A stretch of DNA of 64,000 nucleotides from Candidatus Latescibacterota bacterium (lineage in GTDB: Bacteria; Latescibacterota; UBA2968; UBA8231): contig OZ241362.1 of NCBI GenBank assembly GCA_965200315.1, forward strand, positions 4,064,001 to 4,128,000, in the 5' to 3' direction. Both the position numbers and the translations under genes were made by a program. The first letter of the stretch is position 1, and each line of letters opens with the position of its first letter. The notes under the pieces are model-generated. The model saw nothing but the letters and a program-made list of their open reading frames with translations, did not search any database and was not told the origin of the DNA. Below are positions 54,420 through 63,517 of the stretch, in pieces.

Positions 54420-55484
54420 ATGGCCTCCAAAATACTCGACAATCGCACCCTAAAGCCACTGCAACCGGCGACCTCGCTGTGGAAACAGTACAACCCGGCG
54501 GCCGCGTCCCGCGCCTTTAAAGCCGAAAATCCAGCTCAAGCGCACCGCTGGCAAAAGACGACGCGACGCGCCCTCGCCAAGCATCTGAACCTAGCCGCCG
54601 GCAACGAGACGGACTTGTCCCCGCGCAAAGTAGAAGAAATCGACAAAGGCGATTATACGCGGCAAAAAATAATCCTGCGCACCGGCCCCCACGCGCAGAT
54701 GCCGGTGTACATTCTGCTGCCCAAAGGTGCCACCGGCCCCCTACCTACGGTAGTGGCTTTCCACGGCCACGGGTACGGCGTCAAGGACATCGTCGGTTTG
54801 TGGGAAGATGGCGGCGAGCGCGACGAGCCCGACGGGTACCACAAGGACTTCGGCGTGGCCCTGTGCCGCGCTGGCTTTGCCGTAGCCGCTCCAGAAATTT
54901 CGGGCTTTGGCGAGCGCCAGACCGATTTCTCCTATCTGGAACGCGGCCAAGGAGCGCCTTCGACCTGTACCCATATGGCCATGCTCGCCTTCCACTTGGG
55001 CTCCTCAGTGGTCGGCATCCGCGTACGCGATGGCCTGCGCTTGGTCGATTACTTGGAAACTCGCGCCGAGTTCGACACCAGTCGCCTCGGTGCCATGGGC
55101 ATTTCGGGCGGTGGCATGCACACCTTCTTCTCCACCTGCATGGACGAGCGCATCCGCGCCTGCGTGATCAGCGGCTACTACTCGACCTTCCAACACAGCA
55201 TCCTCGCCATGTCGCACTGCCCCTGCAATTACGTGCCGGGCTTGGCCGAATTCGGCGAAATGTACGATCTAGTCGGCCTCATCGCCCCGCGCCCATTGCT
55301 GGTGGAAGCCGGCACTCACGACCCCATCTTCCCCATTGCCGCCGTGCGCTCCAGCCTGACCAAGGCGCGTCGGGTATATGGTGTTTTCTCAGCGCGCCGA
55401 CGAGTGGAAGCCGACATCTTTTCGGGCCGCCACCAGATCAGCGGTGCCCGCGCCTACGATTTTTTGTCGGAGGCCCTTGGGTAA
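54420..55484 (+). CDS. alpha/beta hydrolase (dienelactone hydrolase/acetylxylan esterase-like)
   Basis: HGHG, GISGGG nucleophile motif, HDPIFP, catalytic His in GRHQ. Confidence 0.85.
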   Translation: MASKILDNRTLKPLQPATSLWKQYNPAAASRAFKAENPAQAHRWQKTTRRALAKHLNLAAGNETDLSPRKVEEIDKGDYTRQKIILRTGPHAQMPVYILLPKGATGPLPTVVAFHGHGYGVKDIVGLWEDGGERDEPDGYHKDFGVALCRAGFAVAAPEISGFGERQTDFSYLERGQGAPSTCTHMAMLAFHLGSSVVGIRVRDGLRLVDYLETRAEFDTSRLGAMGISGGGMHTFFSTCMDERIRACVISGYYSTFQHSILAMSHCPCNYVPGLAEFGEMYDLVGLIAPRPLLVEAGTHDPIFPIAAVRSSLTKARRVYGVFSARRRVEADIFSGRHQISGARAYDFLSEALG

Positions 55485-55557
55485 GAAGTGTCATTCCGCT
55501 TTTGTAGTCTTTCACAAAGTCCACCGGAGCCCCCGGGAGTGGTGCAGGGTCTGGCCC

Positions 55558-55747
55558 TTACAAAGCACCAAGCGGCACGGCATCTACCGACGACGTCAGG
55601 GGAAAGCGCTCGCGGCAAAGGCACACCAGAAGGCCGTGCGCTGCACGGGTGCCAAAAAGGGCTTGGAAGCGCTCGATTGCTTGGGCGTGTGCCGGCTTGG
55701 GCGTGGCGGTGAGCGAGCGGACGCTCGGTGTACGGAAGTTCCACCAT
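55558..55747 (-). pseudogene. AAA+ ATPase-DUF4143 gene reduced to its first and last codons
   Basis: ATG 55747 (MVELPYTERPL) is fused out of frame to LTATPKPAHAQAIERF...VDAVPLGAL*, which resembles a DUF4143 nuclease tail. Confidence 0.55.
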
Positions 55748-55765
55748 AATAGGCCGTAAGTGCAA

Positions 55766-55794
55766 GCAAATTTGGAGTCCAATTCCAAATTTGC
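55766..55794. promoter_or_regulatory. palindromic operator candidate
   Basis: Perfect GCAAATTTGGA-N7-TCCAAATTTGC. Confidence 0.6.
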
Positions 55795-56024
55795 ACATTA
55801 AATAGAACCGCTCAACTTCCATCGCTTGCGGATTAACTAGCTATCGCTTGACAAAAGGATTATTAGCGTACTCCGTACACGACACTGCGGTCTTAGCTGG
55901 GAGCACGGGCATCTCGCCCGCGGAGAAAACGCGTACGCAGAGTACTGGTCAGCGTATAATAACGTAGCCTCGAATGTTCTGGTATCAATTGACACCAGAT
56001 GTGCCCTAACCCCAAGGAACCCTT

Positions 56025-57032
56025 ATGAACCGTCCCCCCGCAGAATTCAAACGCGTACCCGTCGCCCTGCTACGTTCCTTTACAGCCGACTGCCTCAAGG
56101 CCGCCGGGCTGCGCTCCGACCACGCCGATCAGCTAGCCGAGTTGTTGTCCAACTCCGACCTGCGCGGCGTGCGCTCGCACGGCACTCGCGCTATGGTTGG
56201 CTATTGCGGCAGCCTCCGCGACGGCACCGTCAACCCCAACCCCGACTTGCGAGTACTCCAAGATACCGAGACCACGGTCCTCATCGACGGCGATGGCGGC
56301 TTGGGCTACGCGCCGATGATGCTGGCGACCGAAAAGGCCATTGAGAAAGCCAAGCAATACAAGGTGGCCCTCGGCGCGGCCTGCCACCTCGGGCACTACG
56401 GCTCGGCCGGGCACTATGTGCGCCGCGCCATGCAGGAGAGTTGCTGTGCCTTTTCGGTGCAGGGGCACCATCCCAACTACTTCGGCGAGGGCGGCGGCAA
56501 CAAGGGCCAGCAATCGGCCTACTGGGGCAATCCGCCGATCTGCTTTGGCTTCCCGTCAGAAGAAGAGCCGCCGTTGGTCCTCGACGCAGCCACCTGCATC
56601 TTGGCCGACTATCATCGCGGCCCGGAATACGACGCCTTACAGGAGTTGATTCCGCCGGCTTTCTTCAAATCGATGGGCTATACCGGCTCGGCGCTGACGC
56701 TGGGCGGAGCTTTCGTCGGCCAAAACAGCGACCGCGCCCGGGTCGTTACCCAGCGGTGGCCCCGCGCGGGCAATGGCGGCCTAATCATCGTCATGGATAT
56801 TGGCGCGTTTGCCCCACCCGACTCCTTCCGCGCTGGCGTTGACAATCTCGTGCGCGGCGTCCGCGAGACCATGGAACCCATGCGCGGCTACGACGAGACG
56901 ACCCTGCCGGGGACCATTGAGCACCGCAAGAGCGAGGAATACGCCCGCGAAGGGGTGCCGATGGGATTGGACGATTTGGAAAGGCTAGCGGCGTGTGGGC
57001 GCGCGTTGGGGGTTGAGGCGGGGTGGGATTAA
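56025..57032 (+). CDS. Ldh2/malate-L-lactate dehydrogenase family oxidoreductase
   Basis: DLRGVRSHG, IDGDGGLG, HYG, GNPP, LDAAT. Confidence 0.9.
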   Translation: MNRPPAEFKRVPVALLRSFTADCLKAAGLRSDHADQLAELLSNSDLRGVRSHGTRAMVGYCGSLRDGTVNPNPDLRVLQDTETTVLIDGDGGLGYAPMMLATEKAIEKAKQYKVALGAACHLGHYGSAGHYVRRAMQESCCAFSVQGHHPNYFGEGGGNKGQQSAYWGNPPICFGFPSEEEPPLVLDAATCILADYHRGPEYDALQELIPPAFFKSMGYTGSALTLGGAFVGQNSDRARVVTQRWPRAGNGGLIIVMDIGAFAPPDSFRAGVDNLVRGVRETMEPMRGYDETTLPGTIEHRKSEEYAREGVPMGLDDLERLAACGRALGVEAGWD

Positions 57033-57100
57033 ATATGCGCTGAGCGTTTTATCGGATTTGGCGTAAAATTTTAAGCCTCACTGCAAAATGTGCGCCATTC

Positions 57101-58165
57101 TTACTCGATCCGCACTTCCCGCCCCTGCTCTGCCGACTCGTATATCCCGTCGATCATCTTCTGCACCATCAGCCCGTGCTCGCCGGGCGCTAGGGTTTCC
57201 GCGTCGTAGAGTACGTGATCGACGAAGTTGCGCATCTTCTGGCCGAAGGCGTCGGCTGCCGGGCCGCTGGGCAGCCAGTCGGGCCGGGCGTTGACCATGT
57301 AGTCGTTGGCGTCGTGGAAAAAACCCGGCGGATCCCAGCTAGCCCCGCCCTTCTCGCCCATCAGCGTGAAGTTCCCCTCACCCTTCTCGATATGGGCGGC
57401 GAAGCTGGTCTCGATACTAAGCATCGCGCCGTTGGCAAAGCGGATATGCCCCACCGCTAGGTCTTCGACCGTATAGGTCTTGTAGTCCCAGTTGGGCCAG
57501 TGCGAGACCACGTTGGACGGCTTGTCGCCGATGTACGTATAGGTGCTGCCGCTAGCGGCCACCGGTTTGGGCGCACCCATTGCATAGTGCGTGGTCTCTA
57601 TCATGTGGACGCCGATGTCAATCAGCGGTCCGCCGCCTTGTAGGTCCTTGCGGCCAAAGACTCCCCAGTTGGGAATGCCGCGCCGTCGCAGGGCCTGCAC
57701 CCGGGCGTACAGGACTGTGCCCAGTTCGCCATCGTCAACGAGCTTTTTGATAAACTGCGTCTTTGGCTCATAGCGGTTCTGGAAGCCAATAATCAGCCTT
57801 TTGTCGTTTTCCGCCGCGGCGTCGAGCATCTTTTGGCCCTCGCGTACGTTCATGGCCAAAGGCTTCTCGACGAGGACGTGGGCCCCCGCTTCGAGCGCGG
57901 CTATGGAGCAGGGAGCGTGTAGGCCGTTGGGCGTACAGACGCTTACCGCGTCGGGTGCGACCTGCCGGAGCATCTCCTCGTAGTCGGCGTAGGCCGCGGG
58001 GATTTCGTATTCCTCGCAGTTTTTTTGCGCTCTTTCGATTACCACGTCCGCCGCGGCCACCATCTCCACATCGTCCATGTCTTGGTAATAGCGCATGTGC
58101 GCCCCAGCGATCCCACCAGCGCCGATCAGGGCGACGCGCAGCTTGTCTTGCTTGCTCTTAGTCAT
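57101..58165 (-). CDS. Gfo/Idh/MocA oxidoreductase
   Basis: IGAGGIA, CTPN, VEKP, GGGPLIDIGVH. Confidence 0.95.
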   Translation of the reverse strand: MTKSKQDKLRVALIGAGGIAGAHMRYYQDMDDVEMVAAADVVIERAQKNCEEYEIPAAYADYEEMLRQVAPDAVSVCTPNGLHAPCSIAALEAGAHVLVEKPLAMNVREGQKMLDAAAENDKRLIIGFQNRYEPKTQFIKKLVDDGELGTVLYARVQALRRRGIPNWGVFGRKDLQGGGPLIDIGVHMIETTHYAMGAPKPVAASGSTYTYIGDKPSNVVSHWPNWDYKTYTVEDLAVGHIRFANGAMLSIETSFAAHIEKGEGNFTLMGEKGGASWDPPGFFHDANDYMVNARPDWLPSGPAADAFGQKMRNFVDHVLYDAETLAPGEHGLMVQKMIDGIYESAEQGREVRIE

Positions 58166-58198
58166 GGCTCTCCGCCTGTTTGAGATTGTGGCAAGGCA

Positions 58199-58227
58199 TA
58201 AAAAAACCGGCCCGCAGACCGGTTTTT
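58199..58227 (-). terminator. intrinsic terminator after the DUF6807 gene
   Basis: Minus strand AAAAACCGG-tctgcggg-CCGGTTTTTTT. Confidence 0.7.
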
Positions 58228-58245
58228 CCTCCTACAGATACCATC

Positions 58246-59148
58246 CTAGCCCGCTTGGAACTGCTCGATAAGCCGGCGCACGTCTGGATGTCCGTCAACG
58301 CTACGGTCGGGGTGGATGATCAGCCGGTAGCGGAAGACGGCCTTGTCGCCGCCGGGGATGGTCAGGCTCGCGTCTAGACTTGCGTCGCCCTTAAAATCGT
58401 GTACCCCAAAGGGATTGGCGGTAAACAGCCCGTAGCCTCGCACGTGCCAGTAGGTCGGGTGGCGGGGATTGTCGCGGTGATCGACGACGGTGTGCCCCCA
58501 CTCCGCGCCATCGGCGACCGGCCCGGAATAATCCACCCAAGCCGCCTGCTGGCCCCAAGTGGCCTCCTCGCCTTGGCCATTTTCAAAGACTTGGCCGGCC
58601 GAGTTTTCAATCCGCCCCGCGCCCTTGGCATCCATAGAGGTCGGCACCCGGATCGCAAACAGCCCGCCCTCTTTGGTGTCGCCGAAGGTCACGTCTCCGT
58701 AGCGGGCGCGGAACTCGCTGCGTTGGTCCAAGATGCGCAACGAACCTTCGGCGCGGATGGCGATGGTGCGCCGCTCCTCTAACAGCTTCTCACCCTCCGG
58801 TCCGAACCAATCGACGATCCCGTCGATCTGGGCTGCGCCGTCGGCTGCGCCGACTACTGGCTCGCCTCGCTGGAGCATGGCCCCGTGGCCCGTGCCTTCG
58901 TCCCAGAGGTTGTGGCCGTTGACGAGGCCGTGGGCCGTGTAGATGCCGCGATGGTGGTAGTGGTCCTGCGTTTCGCCCGCGACATCTTCCATCGGATAGG
59001 CGCGCGTGAGCCCGGTGCCGTTGGGCGTCAGCACTGGATAGAGGTACGGTCGGCACACGTAGTGGCCGTAGCGGTATTCGGTAAAAAGCTGGCCGTCGAT
59101 AGTGACGACGGCCTTGCAGTCTGCGGGAATTAGCTCGATAGCGATCAT
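58246..59148 (-). CDS. DUF6807 ('PmoA'-named) hypothetical protein
   Basis: PYLYPV, DHYHHRG, FGDTKEG, WHVRGYGLF..NPFG. Confidence 0.8.
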   Translation of the reverse strand: MIAIELIPADCKAVVTIDGQLFTEYRYGHYVCRPYLYPVLTPNGTGLTRAYPMEDVAGETQDHYHHRGIYTAHGLVNGHNLWDEGTGHGAMLQRGEPVVGAADGAAQIDGIVDWFGPEGEKLLEERRTIAIRAEGSLRILDQRSEFRARYGDVTFGDTKEGGLFAIRVPTSMDAKGAGRIENSAGQVFENGQGEEATWGQQAAWVDYSGPVADGAEWGHTVVDHRDNPRHPTYWHVRGYGLFTANPFGVHDFKGDASLDASLTIPGGDKAVFRYRLIIHPDRSVDGHPDVRRLIEQFQAG

Positions 59149-59161
59149 TGCTTCCTTTCCG

Positions 59162-60502
59162 TTATGCGGCTCGGCCACAGCAGCGCTTGTACTTCTTGCC
59201 GCTGCCACAGGAGCACGGGTCGTTGCGCCCGGGGGACTTTTGGTGCAGGGCCGCCTTGACTGCGTCCCGTTTGCGAGCCCATTCCATCACGCCGGTAGCC
59301 GGTCGGCCATGCCGCAGCTCGTTGGCCATAAAGCGCATGTAGGGATCGGCGTGCCCAAAGTACATCTTGTACCCCTTGCACAGGTAGTTGAGGCCGTCTT
59401 CGCCGCGTGGGGTTTTGGTAAAGCGGTGCTTGGGGCAGCCGCCGTTGCAGGCGAAGCGGTATTCGCATTCAATGCAGTACTGGGGCAGCGTGTCCTTTTT
59501 GTCCTGCCCGAACTTGGTCTGCTGAGGGCTGGCGACCATGTCGCGGATGCTCTCCGTGTGGACGTTGCCGAGGCGATAATCCGAATAGACAAAGTGGTCG
59601 CAAGAATACAGGTCACCGTTGTGCTCGATGATCAGGGCCTTGCCGCAGGTCTCGGCGAAGATGCACAGGCTCGCATCTTGGCCCAGCCACGAGCCGAGCG
59701 TCACGTCAAAGAGCTGTACGAAGACTTGGCCGACGTCGTTGCGTACCCATTCGTCAAAGATCGCGCAGAGGAACTTGCCGTACTGCCCTGGGCCTACCGA
59801 CCATTTGGAGACCGGCGCACGGCCCTCGTATTCGGGATCGACTAACTCCAGTCCGTCCTCGTCTGGCTGGTGTGCGATGCGCTCGACGATGGGAATAAAC
59901 TGCATAAACCCCGAGCCCTCTTCGCGCAGGAAGCGGTAGATTTCGAGCGGATGATCGGCGTTGTGGTTTTGCAGCACGGTCAGGGTATTGAATTCCACCG
60001 CGTGCTTTTTGAGCATTTGCAGGCCGGTGTACACTCGGTCGTAGGTCGGCTTCTGGCCCTTGTCAACCCGATAGCGGTCGTGGTAGGGTCGCGGCCCGTC
60101 GATCGACAGCCCGATTAGGAATTTGTTTTCCGCGAGGAACTCGCCCCACTCGTCGTCGAGGAGGATGCCGTTGGTCTGGAAGGCGTTGGTGACGAGCTTG
60201 CCGTCGGCGTATTGTTGCTGTAGCTCGACTGCGCGGCGAAAGAAGTCCACGCCCATCAGGGTCGGCTCGCCGCCCTGCCAGGCAAAGTCCACCTGCGGCA
60301 CGTCTTGGGCCTCAATGTACTGCTTGACGTATAGTTCGAGCGTCTCGTCGGACATGCGCCAGTTTTTGCGCGCGTCCGGGTAGAGCTTCTCCTTTTCGAG
60401 GTAGAAGCAGTACTTGCAGTCGATGTTGCAGACCGAGCCCGAGGGCTTGGCCATTATGTGGCTAGACGCCGGAGCAGGGTTGAGTGTGGTCGCAGTTTCC
60501 AT
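59162..60502 (-). CDS. anaerobic sulfatase maturase (radical SAM/SPASM) with C-terminal SEC-C motif
   Basis: AKPSGSVCNIDCKYCFY, WQGGEP, SCDHFV, CNGGCPK, GRNDPCSCGSGKKYKRCC. Confidence 0.95.
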   Translation of the reverse strand: METATTLNPAPASSHIMAKPSGSVCNIDCKYCFYLEKEKLYPDARKNWRMSDETLELYVKQYIEAQDVPQVDFAWQGGEPTLMGVDFFRRAVELQQQYADGKLVTNAFQTNGILLDDEWGEFLAENKFLIGLSIDGPRPYHDRYRVDKGQKPTYDRVYTGLQMLKKHAVEFNTLTVLQNHNADHPLEIYRFLREEGSGFMQFIPIVERIAHQPDEDGLELVDPEYEGRAPVSKWSVGPGQYGKFLCAIFDEWVRNDVGQVFVQLFDVTLGSWLGQDASLCIFAETCGKALIIEHNGDLYSCDHFVYSDYRLGNVHTESIRDMVASPQQTKFGQDKKDTLPQYCIECEYRFACNGGCPKHRFTKTPRGEDGLNYLCKGYKMYFGHADPYMRFMANELRHGRPATGVMEWARKRDAVKAALHQKSPGRNDPCSCGSGKKYKRCCGRAA

Positions 60503-60571
60503 CAGGGCCTATCTTGAGGTGGTGAGTATGATAGGGTTTGCCCTTTCGCAATGCAAATATAGGACACTCTA

Positions 60572-61255
60572 ATGAGTACCATTTTCGTCGGCGATGTCCA
60601 CGGCTGCGCCGCTGAGTTCGCAGCCTTCCTCGCAAAAGCAGACTACGACCCTGCCCAAGATCGCCTGTTGCTGACCGGCGATGCTTTTTCTCGCGGCCCG
60701 GACCCGCTGGCGGTGTGGCAGTTGATTTGCGATACCGACGCCGAGATGGTCTTGGGCAATCACGACGCCCGCCTCTTGAAGCAGCTAACCGCGCTGGCGA
60801 AAGGCCGCAAGCCCAAAATAAAGTTCCCCGACCAGCGCTATACCCTCGCCCAGCTTCATCCCGCCCACGACGAAATCCTCGCTTGGCTCCGGCAGTGCCC
60901 GCTCTACATCGCCGAAGACGCTTTCCTCCTAGTCCACGCCGGCATCCACCCGAAAAAGGGCCTACAAGGCACCCGCCGCAGAGAATTCCTAAAGATCCGC
61001 ACTTGGCCGCCCACCGACGATCTCGCCAGTCCGCGCTGGCACGATTTCTACAAGCCGGAGCATCCCCTGCTCATCTTTGGCCACGACGCGCCCGGCGGTT
61101 TGGTGGTCAAAAAGCGCGCTGGCCGCCCCTATCTTCTCGGCCTCGACTCGGGCTGCATCTATGGCGGCGAGCTCAGTGGTTATGTGCTTGAAGAGGCGCG
61201 GCTCTTGCAGGTGGAGAGTCAGCAAGTAGCGGATGTGTGGAAGCGGCAGGCTTAG
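60572..61255 (+). CDS. metallophosphoesterase (ApaH/PrpE-like)
   Basis: GDVHG, GD...RGP, GNHD, VHAG, FGH, LDSGC. Confidence 0.9.
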   Translation: MSTIFVGDVHGCAAEFAAFLAKADYDPAQDRLLLTGDAFSRGPDPLAVWQLICDTDAEMVLGNHDARLLKQLTALAKGRKPKIKFPDQRYTLAQLHPAHDEILAWLRQCPLYIAEDAFLLVHAGIHPKKGLQGTRRREFLKIRTWPPTDDLASPRWHDFYKPEHPLLIFGHDAPGGLVVKKRAGRPYLLGLDSGCIYGGELSGYVLEEARLLQVESQQVADVWKRQA

Positions 61256-61257
61256 GC

Positions 61258-61824
61258 TTAGGCGAGGTCGCCGCTCCAGAGCATTTGGATGAAGGTGGCT
61301 GCGGGCAGGATGTCGATACCGTCGTCCGTGCGTCGGTCGAGCAACCGCACGGGACGGGCGTTGTCGTACATTCGGGGCAGGTAGCCGTGGTTGAGGAGGC
61401 GAGTGAGGTCAAAGTCTGCGCCGAGTTCCTGCGCCGTCAGCCCATGCAGTTGGTAGCGCACGGCCCGTCCGCCGAGCAGGTTGGCTCCTCCGCGCCGCAC
61501 CTTGCGGGCACTGGAGCCGCAAAGGGCGAAACTCAACCCTCGGTTTTCGAGCAGCCAATGTACCTCGTCGAGCAGCGCAGGCACCTTCTGAATCTCATCA
61601 ATGACGATCTGTTGATTGGGATCAAACCCTGTCGCCTCGATTTCTTGACGCAAAAACTCTGGGTTGGCCACGTACCGCCTGAACTCGTCTGCCTTTAGGA
61701 GATCAATCCACAGGCCGTCGGCGTACCGGTGTTTTAGCAGGGTGCTTTTGCCCGCCTGTCGCGGCGCCCAGAGGAAAAACGTCTCGGTGCCGGGCGCGGG
61801 TAGGTCCAGATTTCGTTTGTACAT
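61258..61824 (-). pseudogene. AAA_14-DUF4143 ATPase, internally deleted
   Basis: Walker A APRQAGKS, IDEIQK, GSS, L.GR, then a direct jump to the terminal GIDILP...F...LW segment. Only 188 aa. Confidence 0.8.
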
Positions 61825-61840
61825 GGACTTAAAATTAACG

Positions 61841-61871
61841 TGTAAATTTGAAGTAGTGGTTCAAAATTACA
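61841..61871. promoter_or_regulatory. palindromic operator candidate
   Basis: TGTAAATTTGAA-N7-TTCAAAATTACA (one mismatch). Confidence 0.6.
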
Positions 61872-61907
61872 GCAAGAACTTCCCTCAGATGCCTTCAGGA
61901 AGTCGCC

Positions 61908-62110
61908 TCAAACGGGTTGCGGCTCGTAGCGCTCGACCTCAATCTCATCCTCGCACGCTTGCGCCTGAGCGACGGCGTAGGCCGCTTGCAGCCGTATCCA
62001 AGTCTCCGTTGTAGAGCCGCTTTTGCGAGGCGGATGGCCATGTCGGCCGAAATGCGAGCGCGACAATTCACCAGATTCGCGAGGGCTTGGCGACTGACGC
62101 CGAGTGTCAA
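61908..62110 (-). pseudogene. higA: HigA-family antitoxin remnant
   Basis: LGVSRQAL..LVN....ISADMAIRLAKA / GSTTETWIRLQAAY split by a frameshift; N-terminus and higB absent. Confidence 0.8.
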
Positions 62111-62218
62111 TTGACACTTGTCAAGAACGAGAACAAATGATCGAAAGCCTGCGGCGGCGTCCTTTCTGAGCGCTGGTTATCAATAGAGAGGAGTGAACAC
62201 TAGGGAGCGAGCCAGACA

Positions 62219-62252
62219 TTGATCTTGACCTGTTTATGGTCTATATTTGGTC
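62219..62252 (+). promoter_or_regulatory. TA promoter/operator
   Basis: TTGATC, 17 bp spacer, TATATT, overlapped by GACC-N7-GGTC and a second GGTC 11 bp on. Confidence 0.55.
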
Positions 62253-62268
62253 CGAAAAGGAGATGCCC

Positions 62269-62544
62269 ATGAAACTGTCCAGTCAGATTAAGCCGATCAG
62301 TTACCTCAAGGCCCACGCCGCTGAGATCGTGCGCACACTTGGAGATCAACCGGAACCCTTGATCATCACCCAGAATGGCGAAGCCAAGGCGGTCATGCAG
62401 GATATCGACAGCTACGAGCAGATGCAGGAAACGGTTGCGCTGCTCAAGATTCTCGCGTTGGGTAGCCGTCAGATCGAAGCAGATCAGGTGCAATCCGCTG
62501 CCGATGTCGTCGCACAGCTTCGGGAGCGGCGACGGGATCGCTGA
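62269..62544 (+). CDS. Phd/YefM antitoxin
   Basis: IKPISYLK, PLIITQNGEAKAV. Confidence 0.92.
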   Translation: MKLSSQIKPISYLKAHAAEIVRTLGDQPEPLIITQNGEAKAVMQDIDSYEQMQETVALLKILALGSRQIEADQVQSAADVVAQLRERRRDR

Positions 62545-62870
62545 TGGCTTTCTTGGTTCAGTTGACCGATGACGCGACGCACGACTTGGAGGAAATTTGC
62601 GATTACATCGATCGGCATGATGGGCCGGGTCGGGCGGATTGTGTGCTGGAGCAGATTGAGAAGGCTTTCAGCAGCCTCTCCGAGTACCCCGAGCGCGGGA
62701 ACTACCCGGCGGAACTGCTGGACATTGGGATTCGGGAATATCGCGAGATTTTCTCTAGGCCCTACCGCATCATCTATCGGGTGATGGGAAATAACGTCTA
62801 TGTGCTCTTGATCGCCGATGGGCGGAGGGATATGCAGACGTTGCTACAGCGGCACTTGCTGCGGGCATAG
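62544..62870 (+). CDS. RelE/ParE toxin
   Basis: A..DLEEI..YI, YPERG, PYRIIY, DGRRD; TGATG-coupled to the antitoxin. Confidence 0.92.
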   Translation: MAFLVQLTDDATHDLEEICDYIDRHDGPGRADCVLEQIEKAFSSLSEYPERGNYPAELLDIGIREYREIFSRPYRIIYRVMGNNVYVLLIADGRRDMQTLLQRHLLRA

Positions 62871-63375
62871 TCGTATCAACAGTAATGTCTTGTGCCATGA
62901 TCTGATTCTCCTCTTTGAACTTTCGTTGGATATATTCCAGTAAGTCCTTCAGGAACCAGCGTACCCGTTCGGCTTCGCATTCCCTCCAACACTGCTCAAT
63001 CCAACTTTCGAGGGAACTCCTAGTGTCGTTCTTTCGATAGGACACCGTCCAACAGAAGTCCTTTAATTCGGTTGGTAAGGTCTTCGGATCGCTGCCGTTG
63101 CCGCTCAAATATAGTATCCTCGCGGTTCTGCTCCTCTTTACCCTGCTTTGCAGGTACTCCAGATATGCCTTGACCTGATCTTTCTGCTCCGCCGCCCATG
63201 GCTTGTTCTCGATCCCGATCCAGCGGTTGCCGGGCATCTCCAGAACGATATCGATCTTTCGCTCTTCGTGCGTCGCATATTTAGTATGGACCTTCGTTGC
63301 ACTTGTGAAGGTTCGAGGAGACCGGCGAATATGCACGACATATTGGTTTCCCATACGCGGAAGTAATCGAAAAGT
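62871..63375 (-). pseudogene. PD-(D/E)XK nuclease (PDDEXK_4-like), fragmented
   Basis: FDYFRVWETNMSCIFAGLLEP in one frame, then KIDIV...IGIENK..A.EQ..Q...Y in another; both ends lost. Confidence 0.7.
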
Positions 63376-63508
63376 TGGCGAAAATGCTCCCTGTCGAATA
63401 CACGATGATACCACCTTTGTCCAGCCACTTGCGGACCGGCACAGAATCCTCGTTTGGTGGATCGGCGAGAAACGAACCGAGCTTGTTAGCATCTACGATG
63501 ATGCACAT
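63376..63508 (-). pseudogene. 5' fragment of a PIN-like partner gene of the ATPase
   Basis: MCIIVDAN start 9 bp after the ATPase stop; truncated after ~44 codons by fusion to the nuclease fragment. Confidence 0.5.
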
Positions 63509-63517
63509 GGGTCCAGT

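Noticed and set aside
58246-59148. Methane monooxygenase PmoA
   Set aside because: Soluble DUF6807-type protein with no TM helices and no pmoCB; the family name is misleading.
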